Of a stretch of 64,000 nt of DNA, positions 35,518 to 45,774 are shown one piece after another. Position 1 is the stretch's first letter; the number at the start of each line of letters is the position of its first letter. The stretch spans positions 256,001-320,000 of the forward strand of contig CAVVHS010000008.1 in assembly GCA_963748215.1 (NCBI GenBank), written 5' to 3'. The translations under genes were made by a program, and so were the position numbers. The notes under the pieces are model-generated. The model had not been told where the DNA came from. It did no database searches and saw only the letters and a list, made by a program, of their open reading frames with translations. Source of the DNA: an uncultured Gammaproteobacteria bacterium (GTDB taxonomy: Bacteria; Pseudomonadota; Gammaproteobacteria; UBA9214).

Positions 35518-35550
35518 GGGAACCCCGCTTTTCAGCGGGGTTCTTTATTT
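35518..35550 (+). terminator. Intrinsic terminator after cspA
   Basis: GAACCCCGCT/AGCGGGGTTC stem followed by a T-rich run. Confidence 0.8.
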
Positions 35551-35576
35551 CCGGCGGCTTGTAGTACCCCCCTTCG

Positions 35577-37508
35577 TCATGCACGCGCGGCACGCTGCAC
35601 CGTCCAGTCACTGGCCGCGAGAAATTCGAAAAATTCATCCGCCGGCAGCGGGCGGCTGATCAGATAGCCCTGCACCATGTCACAGCGCATGGCTTGCAGC
35701 ACGGCCAGCGTCTCCTCGGTTTCCACGCCTTCCGCGATGGTTTTCAGGCCCAGGTTGTGGGCCAGGTCGATCGTGGATCGGACGATTATCGCGTCATCGC
35801 TGTCACTCACCATATCCCTGACGAACGAGCGATCGATCTTCAGCTTCTGCACCGGCATCCGTTTCAGGTAACTGAGCGAGGAGTAGCCGGTACCGAAATC
35901 ATCAATGGACAACTGCACGCCCATAGCGTGCAATCGGTTCAGGATTTCCTGGCTTTGCTCGGGATCCGTCATCACGGCGCTCTCGGTAATCTCAAGCGTC
36001 AGCTGGTGCGCGTCGAGTTCGTGGTAGGCAAGAATTTCCGCCACCTGCTCCGGCAGCTTGTCGTCCCTGAGGTTATGGGCGGAAAGATTGACTGCGACAG
36101 TGAGCCGGTAACCGGCCCGCTCGCAGTGCATGCAAAACCTGACTGCGTGCTCGATCATCTGCAGCGTGAACTGCTTGATGAGTCCGGTCTGTTCGAGGAT
36201 GGGAATGAATTCGACCGGTGAGACCGGTCCGTGCCCGGGCTTCACCCAGCGTGCCAGCGCCTCCGCTCCGACGATCGTTCCGCTTTGCAGGTCGACCTTG
36301 GGCTGGAACGCTGCGCCTATATCCCACTGCTGAATGGCAACGTGCAGGTCACTGATCAGGTCGAGCCGCTGTGGATTATTGGTGTCCAGCCTGGCATCGT
36401 AGACGCAAATATCGTTGCGATTGCGCTTGGCGATGTACATCGCGACATCAGCGCATTTCAGCAGCGCGGAGGGTTGCTCGCCGTGCTCCGGATAGATGGC
36501 GATACCCATGCTGACCCCGACCGAGCAGGCCGTCTGCCCGATGAGTACCGGCGCCTTCAGGGTGGCACCGAGCTGCTCGGCCACGGCAAGCGCCTCGCGC
36601 TTGTCGGTCGCCGGTATCACCACGGCGAACTCGTCTCCACCCAGCCGGCCGATGGTATCTTCTTCCCGGAGAACACTCCTGAAGAGGCCGCCGATCCTGA
36701 TCAGCAACTGGTCGCCCATGACATGCCCCAGCGTGTCGTTCACCTCCTTGAAATGATCGAGGTCGATCATGATCAGCGCAACACCATGGCGGCCATGTCG
36801 TGCGGATATCATCGACTGCTGCAGGCGGTCAAGGATCAGCGTCCGGTTCGGCAGGCCGGTCAACGGATCGTGTACCGCGAGATGCTTGAGTTCGCGGTTG
36901 GCCGATACCAGCTTATGGTTGAGCCTTTCGAGCTTTTCCTTATAGGCCTCGGCGGCCAGCCTGGCTGACTGGAGTTCCTCGAATGACATGGCGTTCTCGA
37001 TCGCGATACTGACCTGACCGGCAAACAGCGAGAGCAATTCCATGTCTTCCTCGTTGAACTCACTGCCGTCCAGCTTGTTGATGCAGGCAATGCCACCGAG
37101 GAAGCGGTGTTTACCGACCAGTGGCACCAGAATCAGCGACCCGGCCTCTTTTTCCCACTGGTTGCGTTCGCTATCGTCCAGCATCTCTATCATCCCGCGC
37201 CACCAGGCACGGCGATGGCGCAACACCCAGCCGCACAGGCCAACCTCGATGGGCAGCTCGGCGCCGAGCAGTTCGTCGGCACTGACGCCGCACGCCGCAC
37301 GATAGATATAGCTGTTGCAGTCGTCGGACATGATCGGAATGGAGACGGTCTCGACCCGCAGCAGTTGCGAGGCACTGCAGGCGACGTGGTCGAACACCTT
37401 CTGCAGATTATGCTCGCCACCGATCATCTGCGTGATCTCGCTGAGCAGATGGATCTCCTGTTCTTTTTGCCTTAGCTGTGCCGCCAGGGATTGTTTGCTT
37501 GTTGCCAC
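35577..37508 (-). CDS. GAF-GGDEF-EAL diguanylate cyclase/phosphodiesterase
   Basis: GAF N-terminus, HDPLTGLPNR, RLGGDEF, EALARW, DDFGTGYSSL, AEGVE. Confidence 0.93.
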   Translation of the reverse strand: MATSKQSLAAQLRQKEQEIHLLSEITQMIGGEHNLQKVFDHVACSASQLLRVETVSIPIMSDDCNSYIYRAACGVSADELLGAELPIEVGLCGWVLRHRRAWWRGMIEMLDDSERNQWEKEAGSLILVPLVGKHRFLGGIACINKLDGSEFNEEDMELLSLFAGQVSIAIENAMSFEELQSARLAAEAYKEKLERLNHKLVSANRELKHLAVHDPLTGLPNRTLILDRLQQSMISARHGRHGVALIMIDLDHFKEVNDTLGHVMGDQLLIRIGGLFRSVLREEDTIGRLGGDEFAVVIPATDKREALAVAEQLGATLKAPVLIGQTACSVGVSMGIAIYPEHGEQPSALLKCADVAMYIAKRNRNDICVYDARLDTNNPQRLDLISDLHVAIQQWDIGAAFQPKVDLQSGTIVGAEALARWVKPGHGPVSPVEFIPILEQTGLIKQFTLQMIEHAVRFCMHCERAGYRLTVAVNLSAHNLRDDKLPEQVAEILAYHELDAHQLTLEITESAVMTDPEQSQEILNRLHAMGVQLSIDDFGTGYSSLSYLKRMPVQKLKIDRSFVRDMVSDSDDAIIVRSTIDLAHNLGLKTIAEGVETEETLAVLQAMRCDMVQGYLISRPLPADEFFEFLAASDWTVQRAARA

Positions 37509-37652
37509 TCTTTACATCCTTGTAAAGATCCGTCACAGGAAGAATTGATTCCGGCACCGGAATCCATGGCACCTCAGACCGTATCGGCTATGGGCGGGGG
37601 GTGCTTTAGATGGCGCCTCGCGCCAGCGAGGGCAGGATACAGGACGAATAAT

Positions 37653-37698
37653 TGGAGCCGGCGACAGGAGTCGAACCCGCGACATCTTCATTACAAGT
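37653..37698 (-). repeat. att site: 46-bp duplication of the tRNA-Thr 3' end
   Basis: Identical to 46254-46299. Confidence 0.92.
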
Positions 37699-38066
37699 CG
37701 GTATAAGCTAATGATTAGCAATAACTAGCGACAAATAACAACAGTATAATTAGCCAGATAGCCCACTCCATTGGTTGCTGTTTGTTGCTAATTTATGTCG
37801 TTATTTGGCAGCAAGTGCGCCACCAGCGCGCCATGGCAAATGCGGCAGCCACCCTCTATCGGAATTAAACTAGAGCCAGGTTGTCGTCTCTAATTTTACG
37901 GGGATATTTTTCTTCCCCCGTCACTCTTTTCTTTCGCCACAATCAGCCCTGTCTGGTAACGTCATAACTCACAGCCAGGTCCTGCTCGCCGCGCCCATTG
38001 GGAAGCTAGGACATGCGCTGCCACCCTTCGGGTTGGCTTCGCCTTCCTGAATGTCCGAAAGCGGAC

Positions 38067-39654
38067 GATAGTGTTGAAAAACACCTCATCAGGAAGAGCG
38101 CATGAGATAATGTCGCTGCGTTTAAACATATGAGGATTCTCGCCCATGATGGGTCAGTTACCCGCTGCGCAAAATGCCTTGTTTTACGATTTTTGTCTTG
38201 AACGCCGCATTCCCTCCGATCATCTTCTCCGTCAAATAGACCAGTTCCTCGACTTCGACCAGATTCGCCAGCACCTCCAGCCTTTCTATAGCACCACCGG
38301 CCGTCCTTCCATCGATCCGGAGCTCATGATCCGGATGCTGCTGGTGGGCTACTGCTACGGTATCCGCTCAGAGCGCAGGCTCTGCGAAGAAGTGAACTTC
38401 AACCTGGCCTACCGCTGGTTTTGTCGGCTAGGGTTGGAGGCCGATATGCCTGATCATTCGACCTTCTCCAAGAACCGTCATGGACGCTTCCGGGAAGCGG
38501 AGACATTCCGCTATGTCTTTGAACAGGTGCTTAAACGCTGCATGGTGGAAGGCCTGGTCGGGGGTGAGGGTTTTGCCGTGGATGCGAGCATCGTGAAGGC
38601 GGATGCCAGCCGCCAACGTCATCGGGATGACGATGATGATTGGGGTGGTGGCCGTGCGGTGCGTGAGTACCTCGATGCACTGGACGAGTCTGCTTCGCAG
38701 GCCGGTAAGTCAGCACGGAAGATCTCGCCGACGGACCCGGCGGCCAGTTACACAGCAGCACCGGGTGGTCCGGCATTCTATGCCTACTCAAACAATTACC
38801 TGGTTGATACCGGCCATGGGATCATCATGGATGTCGAGTCGACCACGGCCAATCGGACACAGGAGGCTGAATCGACCAAGACCATGGTCGATCGGGTCGT
38901 GAATCGATTCGGGATCAAACCAAAACGCCTGATCGGCGATACTGCTTACGGCACAGCGGCCATGCTCAACTGGATCGTCGAGATAAAGCAGATCGAGCCA
39001 CACACACCCGTGTGGCAGAAGTACGAAGGGGAAGCAGGAATGTTTGGGATGGCTGACTTCACTTGGGATGCCGAGACTGACCGTTACTTGTGTCCGGCAG
39101 GAAAGTTGTTGCAACGCTATCGACGCGACCTAAAAAAAATAAACGCACCGGCATCACAAAGGCCAATACCATTATATACCGTGCCACTGAACACGATTGT
39201 GGAGACTGTGAATACAAATCACGCTGTTGCCCTAAAGTACCTCGGCGCAAAATCACCCGGAGTATTTACGAGTCGTCGCGCGAAGTGGCCCGTGCAACCG
39301 CACAAACACCTGCTTACAAGAAGTCACGCCTTCAACGAAAGAAAGTGGAGATGCTGTTCGCGCACATGAAGCGCATATTAAAGCTGGACCGTCTACGATT
39401 GCGTGGTATGAGCGGTGCGCATGATGAGTTCCTGCTGACAGCAACAGTACAAAACTTACGCAGGATGGCGAAACTGCTCAGTCAACCACCACCAGACCGC
39501 AGGATAGGTGCGCTCGCATGACAGAAAATCAACCGCTTTAACCACCAAAGTCCATCATCTGAACCGGTGATGGCACTTCAAGAAGATCACCCCTTGGCTG
39601 ATGACTTGCCGCGGCTACCGCCATCATCCAAATAGCGACTTTTTCAACACTATC
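38067..39654 (+). mobile_element. IS1182-family insertion sequence
   Basis: Inverted ends GATAGTGTTGAAAAA / TTTTTCAACACTATC; GGAC target duplication (38063-38066, 39655-39658). Confidence 0.88.
38146..39521 (+). CDS. IS1182-family transposase (frameshift in an A-run near 39135)
   Basis: GRPSIDPELM, SERRLCEE, PDHSTFSKNR, VDAS..KADAS, RKKVEMLFAHMK. Confidence 0.9.
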
Positions 39655-40183
39655 GGACAACAGTTGCCATTCCCCTCGACACAGAAAACCCGCTGATGCG
39701 GGATTCCTAATTGGCGACTATCGATTCAAGCCGGATGTTTAGCCGCTTCTTATATCAACGATCACTTATCGGGAAAGAGCGACTACTTCCCGATGTTTTC
39801 AAACTGTCATTCGCTCGGCTTCAATAACATGTTCTCGTTCTGTTGCCAGCACCGCTTCGCCATTACCACGTAGCGTCTCTGCAAAAGTATTCTAATCGCC
39901 CTGTCGACACTGTTTCTCACCAATGCGTCTCACAAATAGTTCTGTCTATATTTGTGAACTGGATCATGCATGAATAATCTGGATTGGTCGATTTAATATA
40001 TGACGTTACGGAAGACGCCGTATTTATAAACCCCACATGTTGGGTGCTGTGTGCATGGCATCCGTCTCCATCGACTGATTAATCGCTAATGCGCTCAGCT
40101 TGGTGGCGGTCGCTACCGGCGGGGGCACGTAAACGGCACAGTCTCCCGGCCATGCCGATTTTATAGTCAACAGAGGAATTACG

Positions 40184-40891
40184 ATGAAAACTATCAGTCA
40201 ACTTCCCATCAGAGCCTTGGTTATAGTCACGATAGCCGCCATTGTTGGGTTGGGTGCCAGCAGTGCATATGCCGCCTCGGTCTACTTCTTGCAGATCGAC
40301 GATATCAAAGGCGAAGCCACTGAACGATCCCATAAGGACTGGATAACGATCAACAGTTTTTCATGGGGAATCAACAACCCCGGATCGGTTGGAACAGGCG
40401 GCGGAGCATCTTCCGGCAAGGCAATACTCTCTCCATTCTCCTGGACACAGTTCCTCGATATGAGTGTACCGCCGATGTTTGTGGGGGTTGCATCCGGGAA
40501 GCATTACTCGAAGGCGACACTGGATGTACAGAATGTAGCAGCGGGGACAGCAGGTGTGTATTTCCAAATGGTATTCGAGGATGTGCTTCTGACCTCACTA
40601 AACATTAGTGGTGCTGGTGATATTCCGGGCGTTTCCGGGGCGCTTGAATATTCGAAGGTCACCATGACCTATCGGCAGCAAAAAGCTGATGGCAGTTTTA
40701 ACACGCCGATCATTGGCGGTTGGGATTTGAAGAAAAACACTGCTGATGCGTTTTTTGGTTCACCGGCAGTACTACAAGGCCTGATCTTGGCAGGACCGAC
40801 GCCGGCCGCAGTACCGGTGCCTGCGGCGATATGGCTCTTCGGCTCCGGCCTGCTGGGACTAGTCGGCATTGCAAGACGCAAGAAAGCCTAA
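40184..40891 (+). CDS. Hcp1-like domain with signal peptide and VPLPA/PEP-CTERM sorting tail
   Basis: FLQIDDIKGE...HKDWITINSFSWG...Y.QQKADGS...GWDLKKN; tail VPVPAAIWLFGSGLLGLVGIARRKKA. Confidence 0.85.
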   Translation: MKTISQLPIRALVIVTIAAIVGLGASSAYAASVYFLQIDDIKGEATERSHKDWITINSFSWGINNPGSVGTGGGASSGKAILSPFSWTQFLDMSVPPMFVGVASGKHYSKATLDVQNVAAGTAGVYFQMVFEDVLLTSLNISGAGDIPGVSGALEYSKVTMTYRQQKADGSFNTPIIGGWDLKKNTADAFFGSPAVLQGLILAGPTPAAVPVPAAIWLFGSGLLGLVGIARRKKA

Positions 40892-40906
40892 CCAGTTACA
40901 AAACAG

Positions 40907-40929
40907 CGGCTCCTTCGGGAGCCGTTTTT
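40907..40929 (+). terminator. Intrinsic terminator
   Basis: CGGCTCC-TTCG-GGAGCCG-TTTTT. Confidence 0.85.
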
Positions 40930-41308
40930 CATTACGCGGTATGTCTGAGTTTGGCCGGCTCCAGTTCTGCGCCACTGCTTATTTGGGAAATCAGTAAGGC
41001 ACAGTAACTTACCCATTCCTGACGATCCATGTCTAAGACCAAACAGTACGCGTCATTAATGTGCTACAGATTCTGTTTTATTGGCCGAATATCATGCCGG
41101 TACTGATGGTATTACCTGACTATAAATAATAACTGCGAGTAACACGGAGCATGACAAGCAGATTATCCGAACCTGCATTAACAATGCCCGACAAGATGAA
41201 CGGCTACTGGAAACAGCAGGTGTCTTACAAAAGACATCCACGGAGCGTTGCAGTCGGCTCTGCGGTTCATAAACGCCAGGACGCCTTTATCAAACAAGGA
41301 GAATTAAC

Positions 41309-41965
41309 ATGAGATTTACCGTGAATAAATCACGACTTATTGGCACAGTATGCGCTACAGCGTTTAGTTTTATCGCTGCGCCAATGGCCGCGAACGCAGC
41401 CATTATTGACTTTGAAGATATCTCCATCCCTGCAAGCAGCATTAGCGGACCATCGCAAACATCCGGAGGTTACTCGTTCGTGAACACCACAACCACGAAT
41501 GACGACATATTAGCTGTGCGGCTATCATCGGCATGCGCAGGTGGATGCGTTGATAACGGCACGCAGTATCTCGCAGTCTTTAATTCAGATCAGACCGGAC
41601 CATTCGAAGTCGAAATGACACGCAATGGTGGTGGGTTATTTGATCTACTTAGCTTCGACTTTGCGTCGTTGTTCAAATTTGTTCCCGCTTCAGGTACCGA
41701 AGTGCTGGACGTTATCGCTACAGCGCCAGGGGGCGTAACCGTTTCGCAGCGTTTCAACTACGACAACATAGGCGACGAATTTCAAATTGCAATGCTTGGT
41801 AGTCAGTTCTCGGGCCTGCAATCCGTCTTGTTTAGCTCCCAGTTTATTTTTCCAGCTTATGACAACATTGAGGTCTCAGCAGTCCCTATCCCCGCAGCCG
41901 TCTGGCTTTTCGGCTCTGGCCTGCTGGGTCTAGTTGGTATAGCAAGGCGCAAGAAAGTAGCTTAG
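41309..41965 (+). CDS. VPLPA/PEP-CTERM surface protein
   Basis: Signal peptide ending ANA, IIDFED start, FDLLSFD, tail VPIPAAVWLFGSGLLGLVGIARRKKVA. Confidence 0.85.
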   Translation: MRFTVNKSRLIGTVCATAFSFIAAPMAANAAIIDFEDISIPASSISGPSQTSGGYSFVNTTTTNDDILAVRLSSACAGGCVDNGTQYLAVFNSDQTGPFEVEMTRNGGGLFDLLSFDFASLFKFVPASGTEVLDVIATAPGGVTVSQRFNYDNIGDEFQIAMLGSQFSGLQSVLFSSQFIFPAYDNIEVSAVPIPAAVWLFGSGLLGLVGIARRKKVA

Positions 41966-41987
41966 TCCTTTCGGCACTCATACTAAG

Positions 41988-42010
41988 CGGCTCCTTGGGG
42001 AGCCGTTTTT
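41988..42010 (+). terminator. Intrinsic terminator
   Basis: CGGCTCC-TTGG-GGAGCCG-TTTTT. Confidence 0.85.
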
Positions 42011-42170
42011 GATTGTGCTGAATGTCCATTTGTGGCTGCCGGTTCCTTTCCTACAGGATTGTCTTATATTAAGATTCCGTTCAACTGGGGTGACGTCGAC
42101 TTCAAGCCGACCCATCTAAGACATTTCGGCAAAATTATCTAAACGGCAGAAAGGCAAGCGGAAAGCGGAC

Positions 42171-42230
42171 ATTGAACGTCCAAGCTCAGCCTCGCCGTAA
42201 AACGGCGTCGGCTGAAACGTCGTGTTAGAT
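42171..42230 (-). mobile_element. attC site (~60 bp)
   Basis: Minus strand ATCTAAC-ACGAC-GTTTCAGCCGACGCCG-TTTTA-CGGCGAGGCTGAGCT-TGGAC-GTTCAAT, 10 nt after the stop of 42241-42750. Confidence 0.8.
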
Positions 42231-42240
42231 TTCATCAGCA

Positions 42241-42750
42241 TCATCTGGGCTTATACCTTTCCTCAATGATCGATTTGCTGGGAGCCTGGATTTTCTCAAG
42301 ATTCTCTAATTGCCTGATAGCATCATCAATCATGGCGTCTTGTTGCTGCAATGCAGCTTGATCGAAACCCCCATTATTTTCCATCTTAATGCGGAACAAT
42401 TGCATTTTAGTCAGAAAATTTCTCAAAATATGATTTGAGGCATCCAGCATGGTTTTGTATATGGCATACTTTTCAGCCTCCTGTGCTTTGACTTCGTTAG
42501 CATGATAATCAGCAAAAATACCAAAAGCCACGAGCAATATCAGAATGGTAGATCTCATCCATAATTCATTAAAAGCAGAAGGTATAACCTCAAATTCCAG
42601 CTCGCCGTACAGAAAATAATGAATTGTGGAATCGAAAAACCAATATGAGAGTGCCAACAAAATAGCAATCTTCAAGAAATAATGCTTCGATTTCACATCA
42701 TTTCCTATCGTGGATTTAGCATTAGAAGACCTAATGTCTTTTTTAAACAC
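42241..42750 (-). CDS. Hypothetical two-TM membrane protein (cassette gene)
   Basis: 169-aa ORF, two hydrophobic segments and a helical tail, followed by attC. Confidence 0.65.
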   Translation of the reverse strand: MFKKDIRSSNAKSTIGNDVKSKHYFLKIAILLALSYWFFDSTIHYFLYGELEFEVIPSAFNELWMRSTILILLVAFGIFADYHANEVKAQEAEKYAIYKTMLDASNHILRNFLTKMQLFRIKMENNGGFDQAALQQQDAMIDDAIRQLENLEKIQAPSKSIIEERYKPR

Positions 42751-42914
42751 GATACTTTGAGACCTATCCCCAAAGGTGCCTTTTAAATTTATCAGGCGAC
42801 TTGTTAATAATAATTATGTCAAAAACAGGTCACTATACATTCTAATCACGCACTCTATGACTATCAGCGGGTCGCGCATGTGCAATTGTGGTCCGGAAAC
42901 CTTTTTCTCTTCAT

Positions 42915-43520
42915 TCAAGCCGACGCAGAATAAGATTGAAAGTCCAGGGCGGTGGGAAGCAATCGTTGCAGTATAGTCGGATCATTCCGGGTTTTGGCGA
43001 TTAGCATGCAACCTTCAAAATAGGCCAGAAATGCTTCGGCCTTCAAATCGACGTCTGTGAGTGCCAGTTCCCCGGCATCGACTGCGTCTTGCAAGGTGCC
43101 ACGGATCAATTGTTTGAAGTCCATGAACAACCCGTTCAGTTTTATGCGAATGGTTTCATCCTGGGTGGAAAGCTCCGAAGCCAGGTTTCCAAAGGGACAA
43201 CCGAGCACGTGGCCGGTCTTTTCGTATATGCTAATCTGGTTGTCAATGATCATGTCAATGAATCTGGACAGACGGGTTAGCGGTGGCAGGCTAGGATCAA
43301 AGGCCTTATCCAAAACAGATTCCTTCATATCGGAATAAAAGGCATCGATAACTGAAAGAGTGAGCTCCTGTTTACTTTTAAAATAATGGTAGAAAGTGCC
43401 CTTTTGAACCTGTGCCTTTTCACAAATTGCAGCCACTCCAGAATCCGCACAGCCACTGGCGTACATCAGATCGCGGGCTGATTCCAGTATGCGCTGATAG
43501 GTGTCCGTTTCCTGCCTCAT
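42915..43520 (-). CDS. TetR-family regulator (NemR/ComR-like)
   Basis: KGTFYHYFKSKQEL HTH, GCPFGNLASELS. Confidence 0.9.
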   Translation of the reverse strand: MRQETDTYQRILESARDLMYASGCADSGVAAICEKAQVQKGTFYHYFKSKQELTLSVIDAFYSDMKESVLDKAFDPSLPPLTRLSRFIDMIIDNQISIYEKTGHVLGCPFGNLASELSTQDETIRIKLNGLFMDFKQLIRGTLQDAVDAGELALTDVDLKAEAFLAYFEGCMLIAKTRNDPTILQRLLPTALDFQSYSASA

Positions 43521-43554
43521 GCGGCAATAGTAGTTGACCGGTCGGTCAAGTCAA
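43521..43554 (-). promoter_or_regulatory. TetR promoter with palindromic operator, probably leaderless
   Basis: TTGACT-N16-TACTAT-N6-ATG; palindrome TTGACC-GGTC-GGTCAA at 43534-43549. Confidence 0.7.
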
Positions 43555-43705
43555 GCCCGTGCCAATTTTAGCTTCAAAAAATTATTGACAGGATGATTAT
43601 CAGGGCAATTGCCCTCGTGAGGCAGGCATTGAAACGAAGCGCTTATGGTCCGTTAAATGCTGTGCCCCGTTCGTAGTTGATTCGGAAATTTGGCCAGTCA
43701 TCACA

Positions 43706-43777
43706 ATCCCAAACCCCACTACAGTCTGGCTCTTCGGCTCCAGCCTGCTGGGATTGGCTGGTGTATCCCTGGCTTAA
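43706..43777 (+). pseudogene. Orphan, decayed VPLPA-CTERM tail
   Basis: IPNPTTVWLFGSSLLGLAGVSLA* with no upstream ORF, followed by a degenerate copy of the same terminator. Confidence 0.7.
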
Positions 43778-44205
43778 GAAAGCCGCTATATGTCTGAATA
43801 GCGGTCCTTAGGGGCCGTATTGAATTTGTGCTAATGGCAGGAGAGTGGCAGATCCCGGTCCTACACGAGGCGCTTATATAAGATTTCGCCAACCGGCAGG
43901 AGTCGACCCTAAGCGGAAGTACAGGAATTTTGCTTAAAGGTCAGTAACGTACTGAATCCTGACATCCAGTTCTGGTGGCCGACATCGTTCGAACGGCTGA
44001 ACTTATATGTTATGTTTGTTTTTCTTGGCGAGCCATTCAAAGGAATGCTAATAGTTATAAGAAGAAAATACTATTTTCCTTATTGACTGGATTGTTGAAA
44101 ATCTCACCTGTTGGGAGCGCCGCTATCAGGTCAGTAATGTTCTGAAAAGAATTACAGGCCGCTGCCAACCAGTGCATTACCACAATCCATTTAGGAGTTA
44201 GTCTT

Positions 44206-45399
44206 ATGCCTCTGGTTTATATGGCTGACATGTTGCATCACGCGTACGAGAACAACTATGCCGTAGGTGCTTTCGATGTAGTGAGCCTGGATTTTATTTC
44301 AGGGGTTATGGCAGCCGCCGAGGAAAAACACGCGCCGGTTATCATCAGCTTGGCTGAATCTCACTTTGAATACTTCGATTTTGAACTACTCATGGCGTCG
44401 GTGGTAAAGGCAGCGGAACGCTCAACTATACCTGTGGCGATTCATCTGGATCACGGCGAATCCCTTGAGTCAGCCGTGTGTGCGATTAACCTTGGCTGCA
44501 CCGGCATCATGGTCGATGCGTCAAATCTGCCTCTAGATAAAAATATCGCTCTAACACGGACCGTAGTTGACATGGCCCATGCCTGCGGCATCCCTGTTGA
44601 GGGGGAGCTGGGCTATGTACCTGGAGTGGAAGGCGAGGATGCTGAACGTCACCCCGGAGATGTTCAATATACGACTGTCGACGAGGCAAGACGCTATATC
44701 GATGAGACCGGCGCAGATTTCCTGGCTGTCTCCATAGGTACAGTTCACGGTCGAATGAAAGGTGAGCCGAAGCTTGATATCGAGCGTCTCGCGCAGATCA
44801 ACCAGGCCCTGAAACTGCCACTCGTGATCCATGGAGGAACCGGGTTGCGTGATGACCAGTACAGGAGTCTCGTCGATAACGGTGTTACCAAAATCAATTA
44901 CTACACGGCTCTGGCCGATGTGGCAGGACAATGTATAAAGGGCAACGTAGAAACAGAAACGAATTGCAACTATACAAGCTACATAGACGGCATAGCTGGG
45001 GCAGTACAGCAGGAAGCAGGACGTTGCATTGACATCTGGGGTTGCTCAGGACGTGCCAGCTCAATGCTCGCGAGCTGTCGCCCGTGGCTTCCTGTCGAGC
45101 ATGTGATATTTTTCAACACTGGAAAGCTTGATGCAGCTGCAACAGAAGATATGATGTCCGAGGGTAGACGGGTCCTTGGCAGTATACCGGGTGTACAACG
45201 GGTATTTACCGGTCACGCTGTCACCGAGGATAGCCCTTATAGGCATTGTTGGATGGTGCAATTCTCTGCCCGTCCTGTTATCGATAGCTATCGCGAGCAC
45301 CCAGCGCACCAACACTTTGCTGACAGTCGCTTTCGTCCCCACGCTGGTGATCGCCTGAGTATCGATTTCGAAGCGTGCAGCACGAAAGAAATAACATAA
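44206..45399 (+). CDS. Class II fructose/ketose-bisphosphate aldolase with C-terminal Dabb-like domain
   Basis: YAVGAF, IHLDHG, VEGELG, LAVSIGTVHG, LVIHGGTG, KINYYT; C-terminal YREHPAH..F. Confidence 0.88.
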   Translation: MPLVYMADMLHHAYENNYAVGAFDVVSLDFISGVMAAAEEKHAPVIISLAESHFEYFDFELLMASVVKAAERSTIPVAIHLDHGESLESAVCAINLGCTGIMVDASNLPLDKNIALTRTVVDMAHACGIPVEGELGYVPGVEGEDAERHPGDVQYTTVDEARRYIDETGADFLAVSIGTVHGRMKGEPKLDIERLAQINQALKLPLVIHGGTGLRDDQYRSLVDNGVTKINYYTALADVAGQCIKGNVETETNCNYTSYIDGIAGAVQQEAGRCIDIWGCSGRASSMLASCRPWLPVEHVIFFNTGKLDAAATEDMMSEGRRVLGSIPGVQRVFTGHAVTEDSPYRHCWMVQFSARPVIDSYREHPAHQHFADSRFRPHAGDRLSIDFEACSTKEIT

Positions 45400-45616
45400 C
45401 CAGAGTTCAAGTATTGAACACATATTTTTTGCTTTAACAATGAAGGATAATTATTTGTCTGTTAGACAAATGCAATGGCAGGCCGGGAATGGCAATTTTT
45501 GCTGCGTTCCAGTCGTTCGTCAGTTCACCGGGAACGGCAAGTTCTGGCCGATAGTCGCTGATTAGATCACCCGCATCAGCGGGTTTTGTGCGTTCAGGGA
45601 ACGGCAACTGTTGTCC

Positions 45617-45774
45617 GATAGTGTTGAAAAACTCTGCTACTAGAAATCGACCGCGCACGAGAGTGAGATGCTTTGTCATTTTGCAAAATATTTCGGATTT
45701 CAGGAAACCCTCATGCACGATTTCTACATGAACATTATGACCTCAGTAGATCATTAGAGTTTTTCAACACAATA
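45617..45774. mobile_element. IS1182-type MITE (158 bp)
   Basis: Ends GATAGTGTTGAAAAACTC / GAGTTTTTCAACACAATA; GTCC target duplication. Confidence 0.8.

Noticed and set aside
39125-39145. Programmed frameshift in the IS1182 transposase
   Set aside because: IS1182 transposases are normally single ORFs; an A-run indel fits the error pattern of this sequence
40184-40891. A T6SS locus
   Set aside because: No tss/vgrG/PAAR genes; the Hcp domain has a signal peptide and membrane tail
40080-41300. Riboswitches (e.g. c-di-GMP) in the leaders of the two CTERM genes
   Set aside because: Some hairpins, but I could not match the consensus; needs cmscan
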